Notes under the pieces: model-generated
What the model was told of the DNA's origin: nothing
Databases searched by the model: none
What the model saw: only the letters and a program-made list of their open reading frames with translations
DNA from: Trichosphaerium sp. ATCC 40318
Taxonomy: Eukaryota > Protista > Tubulinea
NCBI GenBank assembly: GCA_038496445.1
Contig: JALMLS010000479.1
Coordinates: 1 to 64,000 of the forward strand
Length of the DNA stretch: 64,000 bases
Reading direction: 5' to 3'
Position numbers and translations under genes: made by a program
Part shown: positions 51,181 through 62,726 of the stretch, piece by piece
How the letters are laid out: each line of letters begins with the position of its first letter
Numbering within the stretch: the stretch's first letter is position 1

Positions 51181-52237
51181 ATGGAAGCCATTAAAACAAG
51201 TTTTTCGTCTCTATCTTTGAAAACAACGCTACTAGACGTTACAGACGATGGTATACTATCAATCCTATCGTATTTAACATTCGAAGAGCTTGGAAGCGTT
51301 CAAATAGTTTCAATACGCTTCAATGCACTTGTAAGAGTCGAAAAACAGCGGTACCCGTCACTACCAAACGAATTAAGCATACAGAGGGAAGGTAGCATTG
51401 GTGACCAAAACCTTCGCATTAAAATGTCCTACGACAGAACAACAACTTACACACTTCACATAAGCCGTCTATCCATCGAACATGAAGAAAGCTATTATAA
51501 TTACTTTGGAACGTTTAAAAAAAACCCACGTGATATCGTTTTATCTCGTGACAAATGCGATGAAGAAAAAGAAGGTGTTTGTACATTCGTTGTTCCTGTT
51601 ACAATCTTTCAAGGCTATGTAATGTTTACTCTCAAAGTCTACATTGTTTGCGAAAAGAATGGAAAGAAGCTATTAACCAAAACATGTCAAATAGAATTGC
51701 TATATGAAGGGTTTTACCCAGGCTGTTTCGATGGAAATGCAAGAATAAAAATGTCAAAAGACGGTGAAATGAAGAGAGCTAAAGATATTTGTGTTGGTGA
51801 CAAAGTGCTGTCTTCATCAGGAACCATGCAAACTGTTATTCATGTTGAAGCTATTCGGACAAAAGTGAAGAAACGTATGGTTAAGCTTGGTAGTTTTTGG
51901 ATAACGAGAGGACATCCTGTACTCATCAAAGGAAACTGGTATGTTCTTAAGCAAAGATCACTTTAAACAACAATTACTAAACAAAACAAATAGGTACAGG
52001 CCTGATGAATTGAAGGACGCTGTTGTTCGAGTATCTGATGGTTTGTATAACTTTGTTTTGGATGGTGAACACACAATACTTGTTGGCGAAGGAGAATCAT
52101 ACACGTGTTGTACTTTAGGCAAGTATTGTGGTGAAAGGCTTGAACGTTTGCATCCTAAACAAAACGAGCGGTATGGCGTCAACATTCTCAAAGTAAATTA
52201 CGAGCATGAAAAGCGTAGTGGAAGGATTGAAAACTAA
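51181..52237 (+). CDS. F-box-like + beta-rich domain + Hint (Vint-type) autoprocessing domain; 2 exons (intron 51939-51993), ~333 aa
   Basis: F-box LLDVTDDGILSILSYLTFEELGSVQIVSIRFNALV; Hint block A G|CFDGNARIKM..KRAKDICVGDKVL (Cys codon 51724); block B ITRGHP; block F LYNFVLDGEHTILVG; Vint-type ending CCTLG. A 55-nt GT-AG intron restores the frame (W|YRP). Confidence 0.88.
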
Positions 52238-53149
52238 TAAACGTTCAGTACACTTTCAAAACATGTTTTTTTTCTCGTGCAAACTGCATATTGGTCAAGG
52301 AGACTGTGCTGGAAACCTGAAGAATATGTACAAAACTTACATAGAAATAACACAGTTACAACTGTAACTACTAAAATACCATGAGCGCCTATCGGCACGA
52401 ACAGTGTAGAATATGTTAGAAGTACTTCCGCATGTAACATTTTATCAAAAACAACGCAACTACCTTAATCATCAGTTGTAGAACCCGAAGATAGCAGTTG
52501 AGGGCCCTTAGGAAGCAAAGCTCCTAGAGGCCAAGTCCAATGGCAGCCAAAGCTTGATCTTCTACATCAAAGCCTTGAACCAATATTCGATGGCAGCCCA
52601 CCTCAATGAGAACGGATACATAGGATACACTGTGCACTAGACCTTGTAACCCAACTCTTACATCAAGTCACGATGTGTTGGAAGATAAAATTGCCTTCTT
52701 GTGTGTACTCTATTATATCACTCATTGTACAGCCGTTGTTTTTTTTATGAAAGAAACCTCGATCTCTTTCACACTATATGGATAATCCAACAATACTTTT
52801 ATGCACAACATATTATCCAAAAAAAAAATTGTGGGATAGAGTTCATTGAAATATCCAATCAAACTACTCAAATATGGATAATGCACATTTTAAAATGCTC
52901 ATAAAGCCTTCGTGACCTGTTAACGCGTGTGAGAACTGTTTCGGCGATGTTTTGTTTCGCCAAACGTGCAACTAAACGATTATTCCTTTTTTACGCTTTA
53001 ATGTGCACTAAAAAGTTGATCGTAGTGTAGTACGGCTATTATGGTGTGTAATTACTCGTTTCAACACTTTTTCACGTTGTAGTGTAATACGAATAATCAC
53101 CGTATAGATGAAAAAACTCGCTTCTTGGATTAAACATCGACATACAACT

Positions 53150-53255
53150 AATGAATTCAGTCCAATTTTATGTGAACAACACTGAACAAACGTTGATATG
53201 CCAATGGTCACATTTTAGAGCAAGGCCAGTATGTGAATGGTGAGCGGGAAGGAAT
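53150..53255 (+). pseudogene. MORN-variant repeat remnant
   Basis: *YANGHILEQGQYVNGEREG, with TGA (53194-53196) where the repeat has Trp. Confidence 0.55.
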
Positions 53256-53399
53256 AAATGGCAGTACAACATTTTTATTGCACAGCCACGTGGAATTCAC
53301 CTAGACAGTTGGAGTGTTGCCTGCTATTTTTGGAGCATTTGTCTGTTCATATTTTAAAGGTTTTGTGCTTGCAGTTAAATGAGTATTACGGTTTAAATG

Positions 53400-54110
53400 T
53401 CTGCTATTATCGGAGGTCTAGGTTTGTCAATTACTAAGTTTATTGTCTGACTATAGTTGTCTAGATAGTACCAAGGTTTTGAAAGACTTCAACGTCCAAA
53501 ACCTTCATGTCCTAATTAGTAAGCAGTGATTCTCCAAAAACGGCAAAAGTAACTCCAACAAGAGGTTTAAAACATTCATCAATTACTAATGCGAAACTGA
53601 GGTTAATAGTTTGAGCTTCAGCAAGTACTTTGTTACCTTCATCAGTTACTGAAGTGTCATGAAAGTCAATAGTACGAAATCCAACGCGCATTGCACTTGG
53701 TAGGTAATGCCATATGAGTAACATGTTTTGGCACTAGGACCGATATTGCATTAAATCCATCTGTAAAATAAATCATATGAACGTCCTTATCTTAAATGTC
53801 TACATTTTGCAACAGTGGCGAATGGAGCTTTTTTGTAGGCGCACCAGAGGCTGTATTTCAAATAAATAATGGCAACTTAACTCAAATTCAGCTATATTGC
53901 TCTTAAGTATGGCAGTGCAACACAGGTTCAGTCCAGAGGAGGAGGAATATTGACGCAAATCCACAACAGTTTACTGCCAACTTGTAAAATGATGAATATA
54001 GCTAAAAGGGTTTGAAGTAGTAGATGTGCGAGCAGCTGTTCAGAACTGAAACTTAAAGCCTTTTATCTGTACCTGTAATAAACTGACAGTATCGAAGCCC
54101 TGAAGCGTCA
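53400..54110 (-). pseudogene. Decayed LRR gene related to the 8251-8940 F-box/LRR type
   Basis: RTIDFHDTSVTDEGNKVLAEAQTINLSFALVIDECFKPLVGV and GLRYCQFIT resemble the repeats of the 8251 gene; stops and frameshifts. Confidence 0.55.
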
Positions 54111-54506
54111 ATAGTGATGAAAATGCACTCAAGAAAAAGATTAGCAAATCAAACAGCCAAAAACAATAAACATGCTGTCGTTGGTATGTATTGTTCTTTC
54201 TTTATCTTGTTTCTGGTGTAATGTGAACCCCTTTTAACAAGAACAAGTTGAACTGTAACCATATACCATTAATATGTGATAGAAAACACGTGAAAACGCC
54301 CACAACCGGTATTGACAGTCAAGTTAGTTCTTAGCTGGTTTTTCGACTGTTTACGTGAAATTACCAGAAGAGCCGCTTTTGACTGCTTACGACCGGTCCG
54401 GACTGGTATTTCTGCTATCTCTATTGAGAATACGCACTAAATAGGAAGAAAGGTTAAATAACTTTCTTGTTTCGACATTGAACACTATATCACGTGATAG
54501 CCTGTA

Positions 54507-55958
54507 ATGTATCTTAAAAATGGATATAACCAACACTTATCGTTGTTTAGGGAAATGAAGCATTGTTTTCTTTTTAACCTCCCAGTGGAGCTTCACCTTT
54601 GTATTATCGATATTGACAACGAACTTTATGTTAAATGGCCAATACTGTCAAAACATACGGCAATAACAACGAGATTTGATGGTGAGTTGAATAAACACGG
54701 AAAATGGATAAAACACGTGCCACAAAGCAAAATCAAAAAAAAGAACGACTACGAAGACAAATACTTGGCTGTACAACATTGGAAGCATGGTAAGCGTCAT
54801 GGAAAGTTAGCAGAGTGGTTTGAGAACGGCAGGCTAAAAATACGGTGTTCTTATAACAAAGACGTACTCAAGGGAAAATACAAGGAGTGGAACAACGAAG
54901 GTACAATAGTGAAGAGTTGCTACTATGTCTTGGGTGCTTTACACGGAAAGTACCTTGAAAGGAGGAAAATAACTACAAGCTGGGTGACGCACTGTAAATA
55001 CGTTAACGGCAAAAAAGATGGAAAGTACAAGGAGCATTACTTCGGGGAATTATTTAAAAAATGTTATTATACTGATGGTGACTTGAACGGAGAATACAAA
55101 GAGTGGCATACCAATTCTAGGCAATTGGCAGTACATTGCTTTTATGTCAATGGTCTTTTAAATAAGGAGTATAAAGAGTGGAGTCGTTCTGGCCAGATAC
55201 TTAAGCACCATGTTTATGTCAATGGAAAGAAAAATGGAGAGTACAAGGAGTGGCATGACGGTGAATTAAAAGTACATTGCTTTTACGTTGATGATGTTTT
55301 GGATGGAGAGTATAAGAAGTGGTATAATTCTAGTATATCGCAAGATCGCGTACTACAATTTCATTGTGTTTATGCTAATGGTTGTTTGCATGGAGATTAC
55401 AAAAAGTTCAATCGCTCTGGCCAAATACTTAAACACCGTAGTTATGCCAACGGTAAGCTAAATGGAGAGTACAAGGATTGGCTTCGTAATGGTGACTTAA
55501 AACTACATTGCTTTTACGTTGATGATGTTTTGAATGGAGAATATAAGGAGTGGTATTATTCTAAAAAATCGCCATATTTTGTACACCAATTACATTGTGT
55601 TTATGCTAATGGTTGTTTGCATGGAGATTACATAGAGTTCAATAGGTCTGGCCAAAAACTTAAGCGCTGTAGTTATGTCAACGGTAAGCTGGATGGGGAA
55701 CGCAATGAGTGGTTTTGTAATGGTGACTTAAAACTAAGTTGCTCTTTTACCGATGGCACTTTGAATGGAGAGTGCATAGACTGGTATCGTTACCGTACCG
55801 ATATAGTTCGCAGATATTGCACTTATGCCAATGGAAAGAAACATGGAGAATTCAAGGCATGGACTGAGACAGGTGTTTTGTATGTACATGATTTTTATAT
55901 TAATGGTACCCGAATAGCAAATCTTCTGAAGTTGGCAAGAAAAAAAAACAAAAGATAG
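54507..55958 (+). CDS. F-box-like + MORN-variant repeat protein, intact copy (483 aa ORF; alternative start 54555)
   Basis: LFNLPVELHLCIIDID F-box-like start, followed by a long array of NG-x-L-x-G-E-Y-K-E-W repeats. Confidence 0.88.
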   Translation: MYLKNGYNQHLSLFREMKHCFLFNLPVELHLCIIDIDNELYVKWPILSKHTAITTRFDGELNKHGKWIKHVPQSKIKKKNDYEDKYLAVQHWKHGKRHGKLAEWFENGRLKIRCSYNKDVLKGKYKEWNNEGTIVKSCYYVLGALHGKYLERRKITTSWVTHCKYVNGKKDGKYKEHYFGELFKKCYYTDGDLNGEYKEWHTNSRQLAVHCFYVNGLLNKEYKEWSRSGQILKHHVYVNGKKNGEYKEWHDGELKVHCFYVDDVLDGEYKKWYNSSISQDRVLQFHCVYANGCLHGDYKKFNRSGQILKHRSYANGKLNGEYKDWLRNGDLKLHCFYVDDVLNGEYKEWYYSKKSPYFVHQLHCVYANGCLHGDYIEFNRSGQKLKRCSYVNGKLDGERNEWFCNGDLKLSCSFTDGTLNGECIDWYRYRTDIVRRYCTYANGKKHGEFKAWTETGVLYVHDFYINGTRIANLLKLARKKNKR

Positions 55959-56322
55959 TGGCTGTACACGTGTTTTACTCCGTTACAGACGTTTGGGTAA
56001 ACTTGAGTTGACTTCGTATAAATCAACAACAACAACCGACAAAGCTTAAACAACATGGCGAGCAGCAATCACCCACAAAAGTCAACTGAGAGTGTTAGAA
56101 CTCTAATTCATACAAACATACAATTCTGTATAATCATAAAATAAATCACGTGTTCCCAGCTGAGAACATGGTTAATGTATGGCTTTTGTTTTGGGACGTA
56201 ACAACAATTTTTCTGTACAAGGAATCTTTTTTTTTTAAAGTGCTAGTGGTACAATATATACAAGCTTTTTTTACCATTGTTTAGGATTTTTCTTTCTTTT
56301 GTTTTCTATCCTCCTTTAAATG

Positions 56323-57883
56323 TCACGTGCTATCAGCAGTATGTATGAATCTTGTTAATACATCAGCTTCTACTATACGTAGAATACCTTCAACTTGTGA
56401 TACAGATCTTTTTATATTTGCTGTATTTACTAAACTCTGAGGTACTTTTCCTTTAACATCCGTCAAGTTCATTTGAATATATCGAGTATGTCCATTATTA
56501 TCACAGGGTTGAATATAACGTGCTTGAAAAACTACTTTACCACGCTCAAATCCAGGAATAGGACCTACTTTTCTATAAAAGAAACATAAGCGCTAAGCGT
56601 ACAAGCAACTGTCAAACTTGGAGTAACATGAAAAAAAAAAAAAAACTTCAAATGTTGCTCATGGTAACACAACACCTTTTGTTTGTACTTTATAAACCTG
56701 TATGTACGTACCCATGTTCTATAGACTTATCTATAACCAAAATAGAACCATTATCATACTTATGTATCCGTTGTACAATCAAAAAATCGCGATTTGAGAT
56801 AGGTGGTTTAAGTGCAAATTTCCAATGATAAATAGCTACTTCTGGAGTAACTTGTTTAACTTTATAACCATCCAAGTAATTTTCATTCCAATCTGAAAGA
56901 ATATTAATTAAACATTTTCTCACCTCGTTTTTGGAAAAATGTTCCGAACACCATACCTTCATAACGTGAAATCAGGTTATCAGTGATTACGGTTAAAAAT
57001 TGCTCCGGACGAGCTGTAGTTGTCACATCAATCTTTACAGCACGTAAATCCCACCCTGGTATCTTCTAAACAACGATTAAACGTCAAAGGAGTAAATACG
57101 CCAAAAACGAAACTAAGAAAATAAAAACCGCCAAACGCTAAAAACAAAATCTGCAGCTAACTACCGATGCTTCTAACGCCTGGCATTGATGCGGAAAAAT
57201 TATTTCAAAAAAAAGGTTGCAATCGTCATACCTTCGAATAAACATTTCCCTTCGTTAGTTCTTGTTCTAACCTCCATGATTTAGTGTTTAATCCAGCTAT
57301 ATCCATCAGAGAAACGATAAAATCAATCCACTCATCGCATACCTGTTTATTAGATGTTAGTATAAGTACTGAGCGTAAGAACAGAGCGTGTGAGAATGTG
57401 ACGCATTTTTAAGCAAATTAGTAAGTTCTGAACAAAAAAAGACAGGTTGCTACGGAAAGTTGCCTAATATGTTATGTGTATGTTATTTACCTCTGTGAGT
57501 ATCTCTTCGTTTGTGGGAACGTGATGAAAGCGGTAAAATAGGTCTCTGTCCGAAAATTTCTTGTCTGCATTGTAAACATGTCTAAAGTAGCCCTCTGTGC
57601 GTAATACTTCGCCAACTGACACCGCTTCTGCTCGTTTAACACCAAGAATTTGCGAAAGCAAAGTCACAGCTTCTGTACCTGTTTTATTGTTAAATAAAAT
57701 TGTATAACAGCGAATGGAGCAATGTACCGATAAAACACCGCCGATAAATTGTAAACCGATACCCACGGTCTTTAATTGTTAATTGACCTTTAATACGTTA
57801 TAAATTGAACGCTTTCTTGCGAATCGCGTACTCTGTAACTGCTTTGATAGCTTCTGCATCTCATCATCTGTCATGTCCGTCAT
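56323..57883 (-). CDS. DEP domain + START (lipid-binding) domain protein, multi-exon
   Basis: DEP: LTIKDRGYRFTIYRRCFIGTEAVTLL..RAEAVSVGEVLRTEGYFRHV..KFSDRDLFYRF. START: DWNENYL, KPPISNRDFL, IDKSIEH, PGFERG, TDVKGKVPQSLVN. Confidence 0.85.
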
Positions 57884-58078
57884 AGTGACTGTAAAGTCAC
57901 TAATTACACGAAATTGCCTTGACAGGTTGCTGTTTCTGTGATAAAACCAAAAACTGCGCAATTTTCTACAAAAATAAATGTGCACAAACGTGAAAAAAAA
58001 CCAATATACAAAGTCCCATGAAGTCAACCTGAAATTGAGAAAATAGTGTTATCTGCCATTTTTCTAACGCCTACGCTC

Positions 58079-61000
58079 ATGTCTCGCAAAGGAAGAAGCA
58101 AGACGAAAAAGAATAAAAAGCGTAGCCGTAAACCGTCTATTGACGACTTTATTGGCATAGACCTTGCTAATTATGAGCCTGTATACGACGAAGATGACTC
58201 TATTAGCTCAGATGATGATGTATTCGACGAGGACGATTGGGAAGCCTTTGGTGGCATGAGGTACGCATAAAATAATTAATACGCTCTGTTTTAGACGTAC
58301 TGAACGTTTTTTTTCCGTAGTTTCTTTAAAAAACCACACATTGAAGAAACTGAAGTAGAAGACCACGCCTCTATTGCATACGTTGGTAAGCACCTCGCAG
58401 ACGAGCAATTATCGAAAGAAGCAGCAAACCGAGCAAATAAATCACAACGTTTTGTAAAACCATCAAAAACAGCCCGTACATCAGACTACAACGAAGAAGA
58501 TACCGAAATAATCGCTTTTCTAAATGACACTTTGGCGGACACCACTTCCACAGTACGTACTTTGAACACCATAATTAAAGCTTAAACGAACACACAATCT
58601 AACTGTGACACTGTAGGAGAAAGCTAAAGCCGCAATCTTGGCAAGAAGGACGAAGAAACGGTCAAAACCAAGATTAGTTGAACAAGCAGAAAACAAGCCA
58701 GAAGATGTCGATCATGTGTCACTTATGTCAGAGACTATAACTCAAGATGGTGCTAAGCGTAATAAATTGAGACTCTCTCAGTTGCTTGAAACAATGGATG
58801 AGGATGCTGGTATGGCAGAACTAAGAGATACATTGACAGCTTTCGAATCAAAAAAAGAAGAAATTAAGTATGAACCAACCTTCTTTTTCTGACTTGTTTT
58901 TGGCTGTTGTAACCTTTGTATAGAACGTCAGTACCTCTTTCAAAACCAGTAAGAGACAGAGCTTTAAGAAAAGAGCAGTACTCTCAGACTAGTCGTGCTG
59001 CGAGTCAGTGGCAGGGTAATCTTTTTTTGTTAAATTGTTTTATTTTTGTGTGTTGATTGTTTCATTTTTTAGAGACTGTCAATGTTATGGAAGATGCTCA
59101 GTTTATGAAATTCCCATTGCAACCACGAAAAACAAAACAAGATACAAATTCCCAGCTCATAAAGAACTTTAAGTAAGTAGTATAGTTAAAAACGTGCATG
59201 ACAACGAAGTTATTGATGTTTTTTTAAAGGCCTGAAACAGATTTGGATAAAGAGATTGAGAATGCTTTGGAAGAATCAGGTCTTGGCGCTAAAGAAGAAG
59301 AGTGGTATGATCATTTGGAAACTAGAAGAAAAGATGCATCTGAAGTACGTCAGAAGTTGGCAAAGAAGAAAAAAACCTCCAACCGAAAAACAAGAAAAAA
59401 AAACCTTTACATTGACTATCTGTGCATTTGATGTACTATGATTTTTATGTGTATGTATTAGGTACGTGCTAGAATGGCACATTTAGCAAAGATGCAACTT
59501 GTACTTTCTTCAAAAGCGGTTCAAAACAGATGGAAAAAGAAAATCAAATCAAAAGGATACCGTCGCATTCAGCGCAGACTCAGAACAAAACGTGAACTTA
59601 CCCTTGACGAACTAAGAGAGGTAAATTAATTTAATCAAACGTATTGTTTACTAATACATGCTACAGGTTGATCCTATGGAGGCTATTAAACTAGAAACAA
59701 AGATGGAACGCCTAAGAGGTAACGAAACTTTTTTTTTTTGTTTTATTTTTTTCTGCTTCTTTCTCGATCTTTGTGGGTACTAAAGAATCTTTTATAGCTA
59801 AGGAGAGACTTACATTAAAGCACAGAAATGGTTCAGCATGGTCTAGAAGGATCGCAAGGTTTGCAAAGGATCCATACTTCCAAAAAGTAAGCAGTTTGTT
59901 GTAATCTACCAAAAAGTAGGTCTCTATGGTTTGACACTTTATTTTTAGGTTATGGAAGAACATGTGCGTAGAGGAAAGGATCTTAGAAAGAAGATAAGAG
60001 GTGATGAAAACGAGGAAGATGAGGTTATGTCTGATTTCTTGGAGCATTTGGCTCAAGTTGATCCTTCACAAGTCCCTAAAAAATCAGGTTTGTGCATACG
60101 AACAATCACATTAAAATTACCACCCAAAACTCTCACTTATTCACTCTTTTTTTTTTTTTTTGATCACGTGTTGTGATGAAGCAAGCGGTGTGTACTGACC
60201 GAGTTTTATAACAGATGATCTTGGTGATTTGGGATTATCTGATGTTCTTGATTCAATAAACAAGACACCTCTTGATATGTACGTACTGCAACTGTACAAC
60301 AACGTACAATAATATGTTGACATGATTTTGTTTAGGGAAGTAAAATACCCAAAGAAGGGCCTATTTTCTATGAAGTTCATGAAAAAGGGAAACGAAACAA
60401 GGGTAAGACTTTTTTTTTCTGCTTTTGATTTGAGATTCCTAATGTCTTGTTTTAGAGAAAGACTAAGCGTGAGATGAGATTTGATATGGCAAAAGAGCGT
60501 GCTGAGCAATCAGAAAAGCTTATTAAGGGTATGAAGAAAGCAGCAGGAGAGGCAGAACCAGAAAAGAAAGAGACCAAACAAGAAAAGAAATCAAAACAAA
60601 AACCAACACAAGATAAAGGTCGTAAGACCTTTACAGCTGCTAAACATATCAAAAGACCACAAATGTACGATATACAAACATTCCCTAATAGAACCAAGTA
60701 CTAACCAGTTAACTAGTGGGTTCAACGATGAAAAACAGCTCATGGGAAATTCGTACCAGACAAAAAATGTTGGTTTATCTTCCGGAAGAAAAATCCGTAT
60801 ACCAGGTCAACAAGATGTTGATGAATCACTGTTATTTGATGTACCTACTTTTGATAATCCTCAAGGTAAGCTCTTTTGGTATTATCAGTAAGAGAGAGCT
60901 AATAATTGTTTAGATATGGTGGATGCACTTAGTGAAGTGCAAGAAAGAAAAATGCTTAGAGGTAAAACAAAAAAAGAGAAACAAGAAGATGCTATGGAAG

Positions 61001-62594
61001 TTTCTCAAGGTACATCTTTGTCAATGTAACCTACAACAACATTGTTGTCATATATCTATAAATACAACAGCTAACTGATGTGTAGAGTATGATCTTGTAA
61101 AGGTGATCAAAGCCAAGGCCAATGATGAGATCAAAGCAGCGCTAGAAGAAGCCAAAGACTTGGTTAATCCTTTCCGTAAGGTTGAAGAAGAAGAAAGGGA
61201 GATGAAGCAAGCGACTAAGAAAAGAACTTCATCATCGTCATCTTCTAATAATAAGAATAAAAGAACGTCTTCGTCTGACGGAAGACGTAAATCACGTGAT
61301 GCAGATGATAATGTTGAGAATACAGGAGAATCTGATTTTCTTAATGATTTCTTTGATGGTGCTAAAGACACTCAAGATCTTCGTGTATCAAGTACGTCTA
61401 ATACTCTTTTTCTTGCTGAGCTCTAGCATTCTTCCATCTTTGTTACTAACTTGGTTGTACTAGGGAAGGATGAGAAAGCTAAGCGCCAAGCAGCTAAACG
61501 TAAAGCAGAGAGAAAAGCAGAGCAAGCACAAAAACGAAGAAAAGCATCACAACATAATCCATGGCTAGCTCAGGATAATGACGGAAGGTAACTCTTATAT
61601 AAAAGTCATAAAAACTACTTACACATACACTTCCTCAGAAACAATTCATCTGTCCCTTCTTCCAAGGAGCCTGCTGGTATTTCAACTCGTCTCAAAGTCA
61701 ATGTTTTGGATGATTCAAAGTTGAGTGATGCAAAAGATGATCCTAAAGCACCTACTGAGGGTAAAGGAAAGGATGGTGGATTTTTATTCGCTTCACAAGC
61801 TACTAAAGAGCAGCTTGAACTAAGGCGTCTTGCTTTTGGTGCAGAGGAGATGGAAGAAGATTTCCAAAAAGAAAAACTAGAAGCAGCTGAATCAGAAGCA
61901 AAAGCTGAACCAAGCAAGTTGCGTGTTCTTCCTGGATGGGTATGTCATCTTTTTTTACTCTAATACACCCTTTGATATTTTGTGGATATGCGTATTAACT
62001 TTCTTTATTCCTTAGGGTCAATGGGGAGGTGCTGGAAGCAAGAGAGATCGAAGGTTTGAAAACGCAATGGAAGCTAGAGAAAGAAAACGACAGAAAAAAC
62101 TTGAGGATGCTGTTAAAGATCGTTTTGATGCAAAACTTAGTGCAGTTATAATTAATCAAGAAGCTCTTACACCGGTACGCCTTGTAGATTTCGATTTTTT
62201 TGATAAAAGGACTCAGCTGAGAATCCAAACTTTTTTTTTTTTTTTGCACGTGGACGTTTTTTTTGACCTTTTTATAGAAAGCCAAGTATAATGTTCCAGA
62301 GAAACCATATATGTATGATAATAAGGAAGCATATGAATTAAGCTTATTGCATCCTATTGGTAAAGAATGGAATGCAGTTGGTGCTTATAAAAAACGAATC
62401 AGGCCAAGGGTATGTTATTCTTTTTGCTTGATTTTAATCATCTTCGTGCTTTGTGTTGTGCTTATATACGCTTATAGATTGTCAAAAGACGTGGTGTTGC
62501 TATCAATCCATTATCACAAAAATATGAGAGGGATTTGGCAGAGAAAGATACGAAGAAACAACGTAGAAACTTGTTCTCAAACATCGTTATGTAA
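58079..62594 (+). CDS. UTP14: U3 snoRNP-associated protein 14 (SSU processome), many exons
   Basis: KKIKSKGYRRI, ERLTLKHRNGSAW, KGLFSMKFMKK, LPGWGQWGG, HPIGKEWNAVGAYKKRIRP..GVAINP. Confidence 0.92.
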
Positions 62595-62726
62595 AAAGGA
62601 AAAAAAAAACCAGAAAAAAAAAAATATCCAAAGAAAAAAATAAATGTACTATATTTCCACACAAACTTGTTTTGTTGTGAAGCTTCTAAAGATATTGTAA
62701 AAGAAGCAACTTAAGTTTATATTTAT

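Noticed and set aside
51724-52237. True intein or Hedgehog protein
   Set aside because: No C-terminal His-Asn plus Cys/Ser/Thr, no homing endonuclease, no signal peptide or Hedge domain; it ends in the Vint-type CxTLG.
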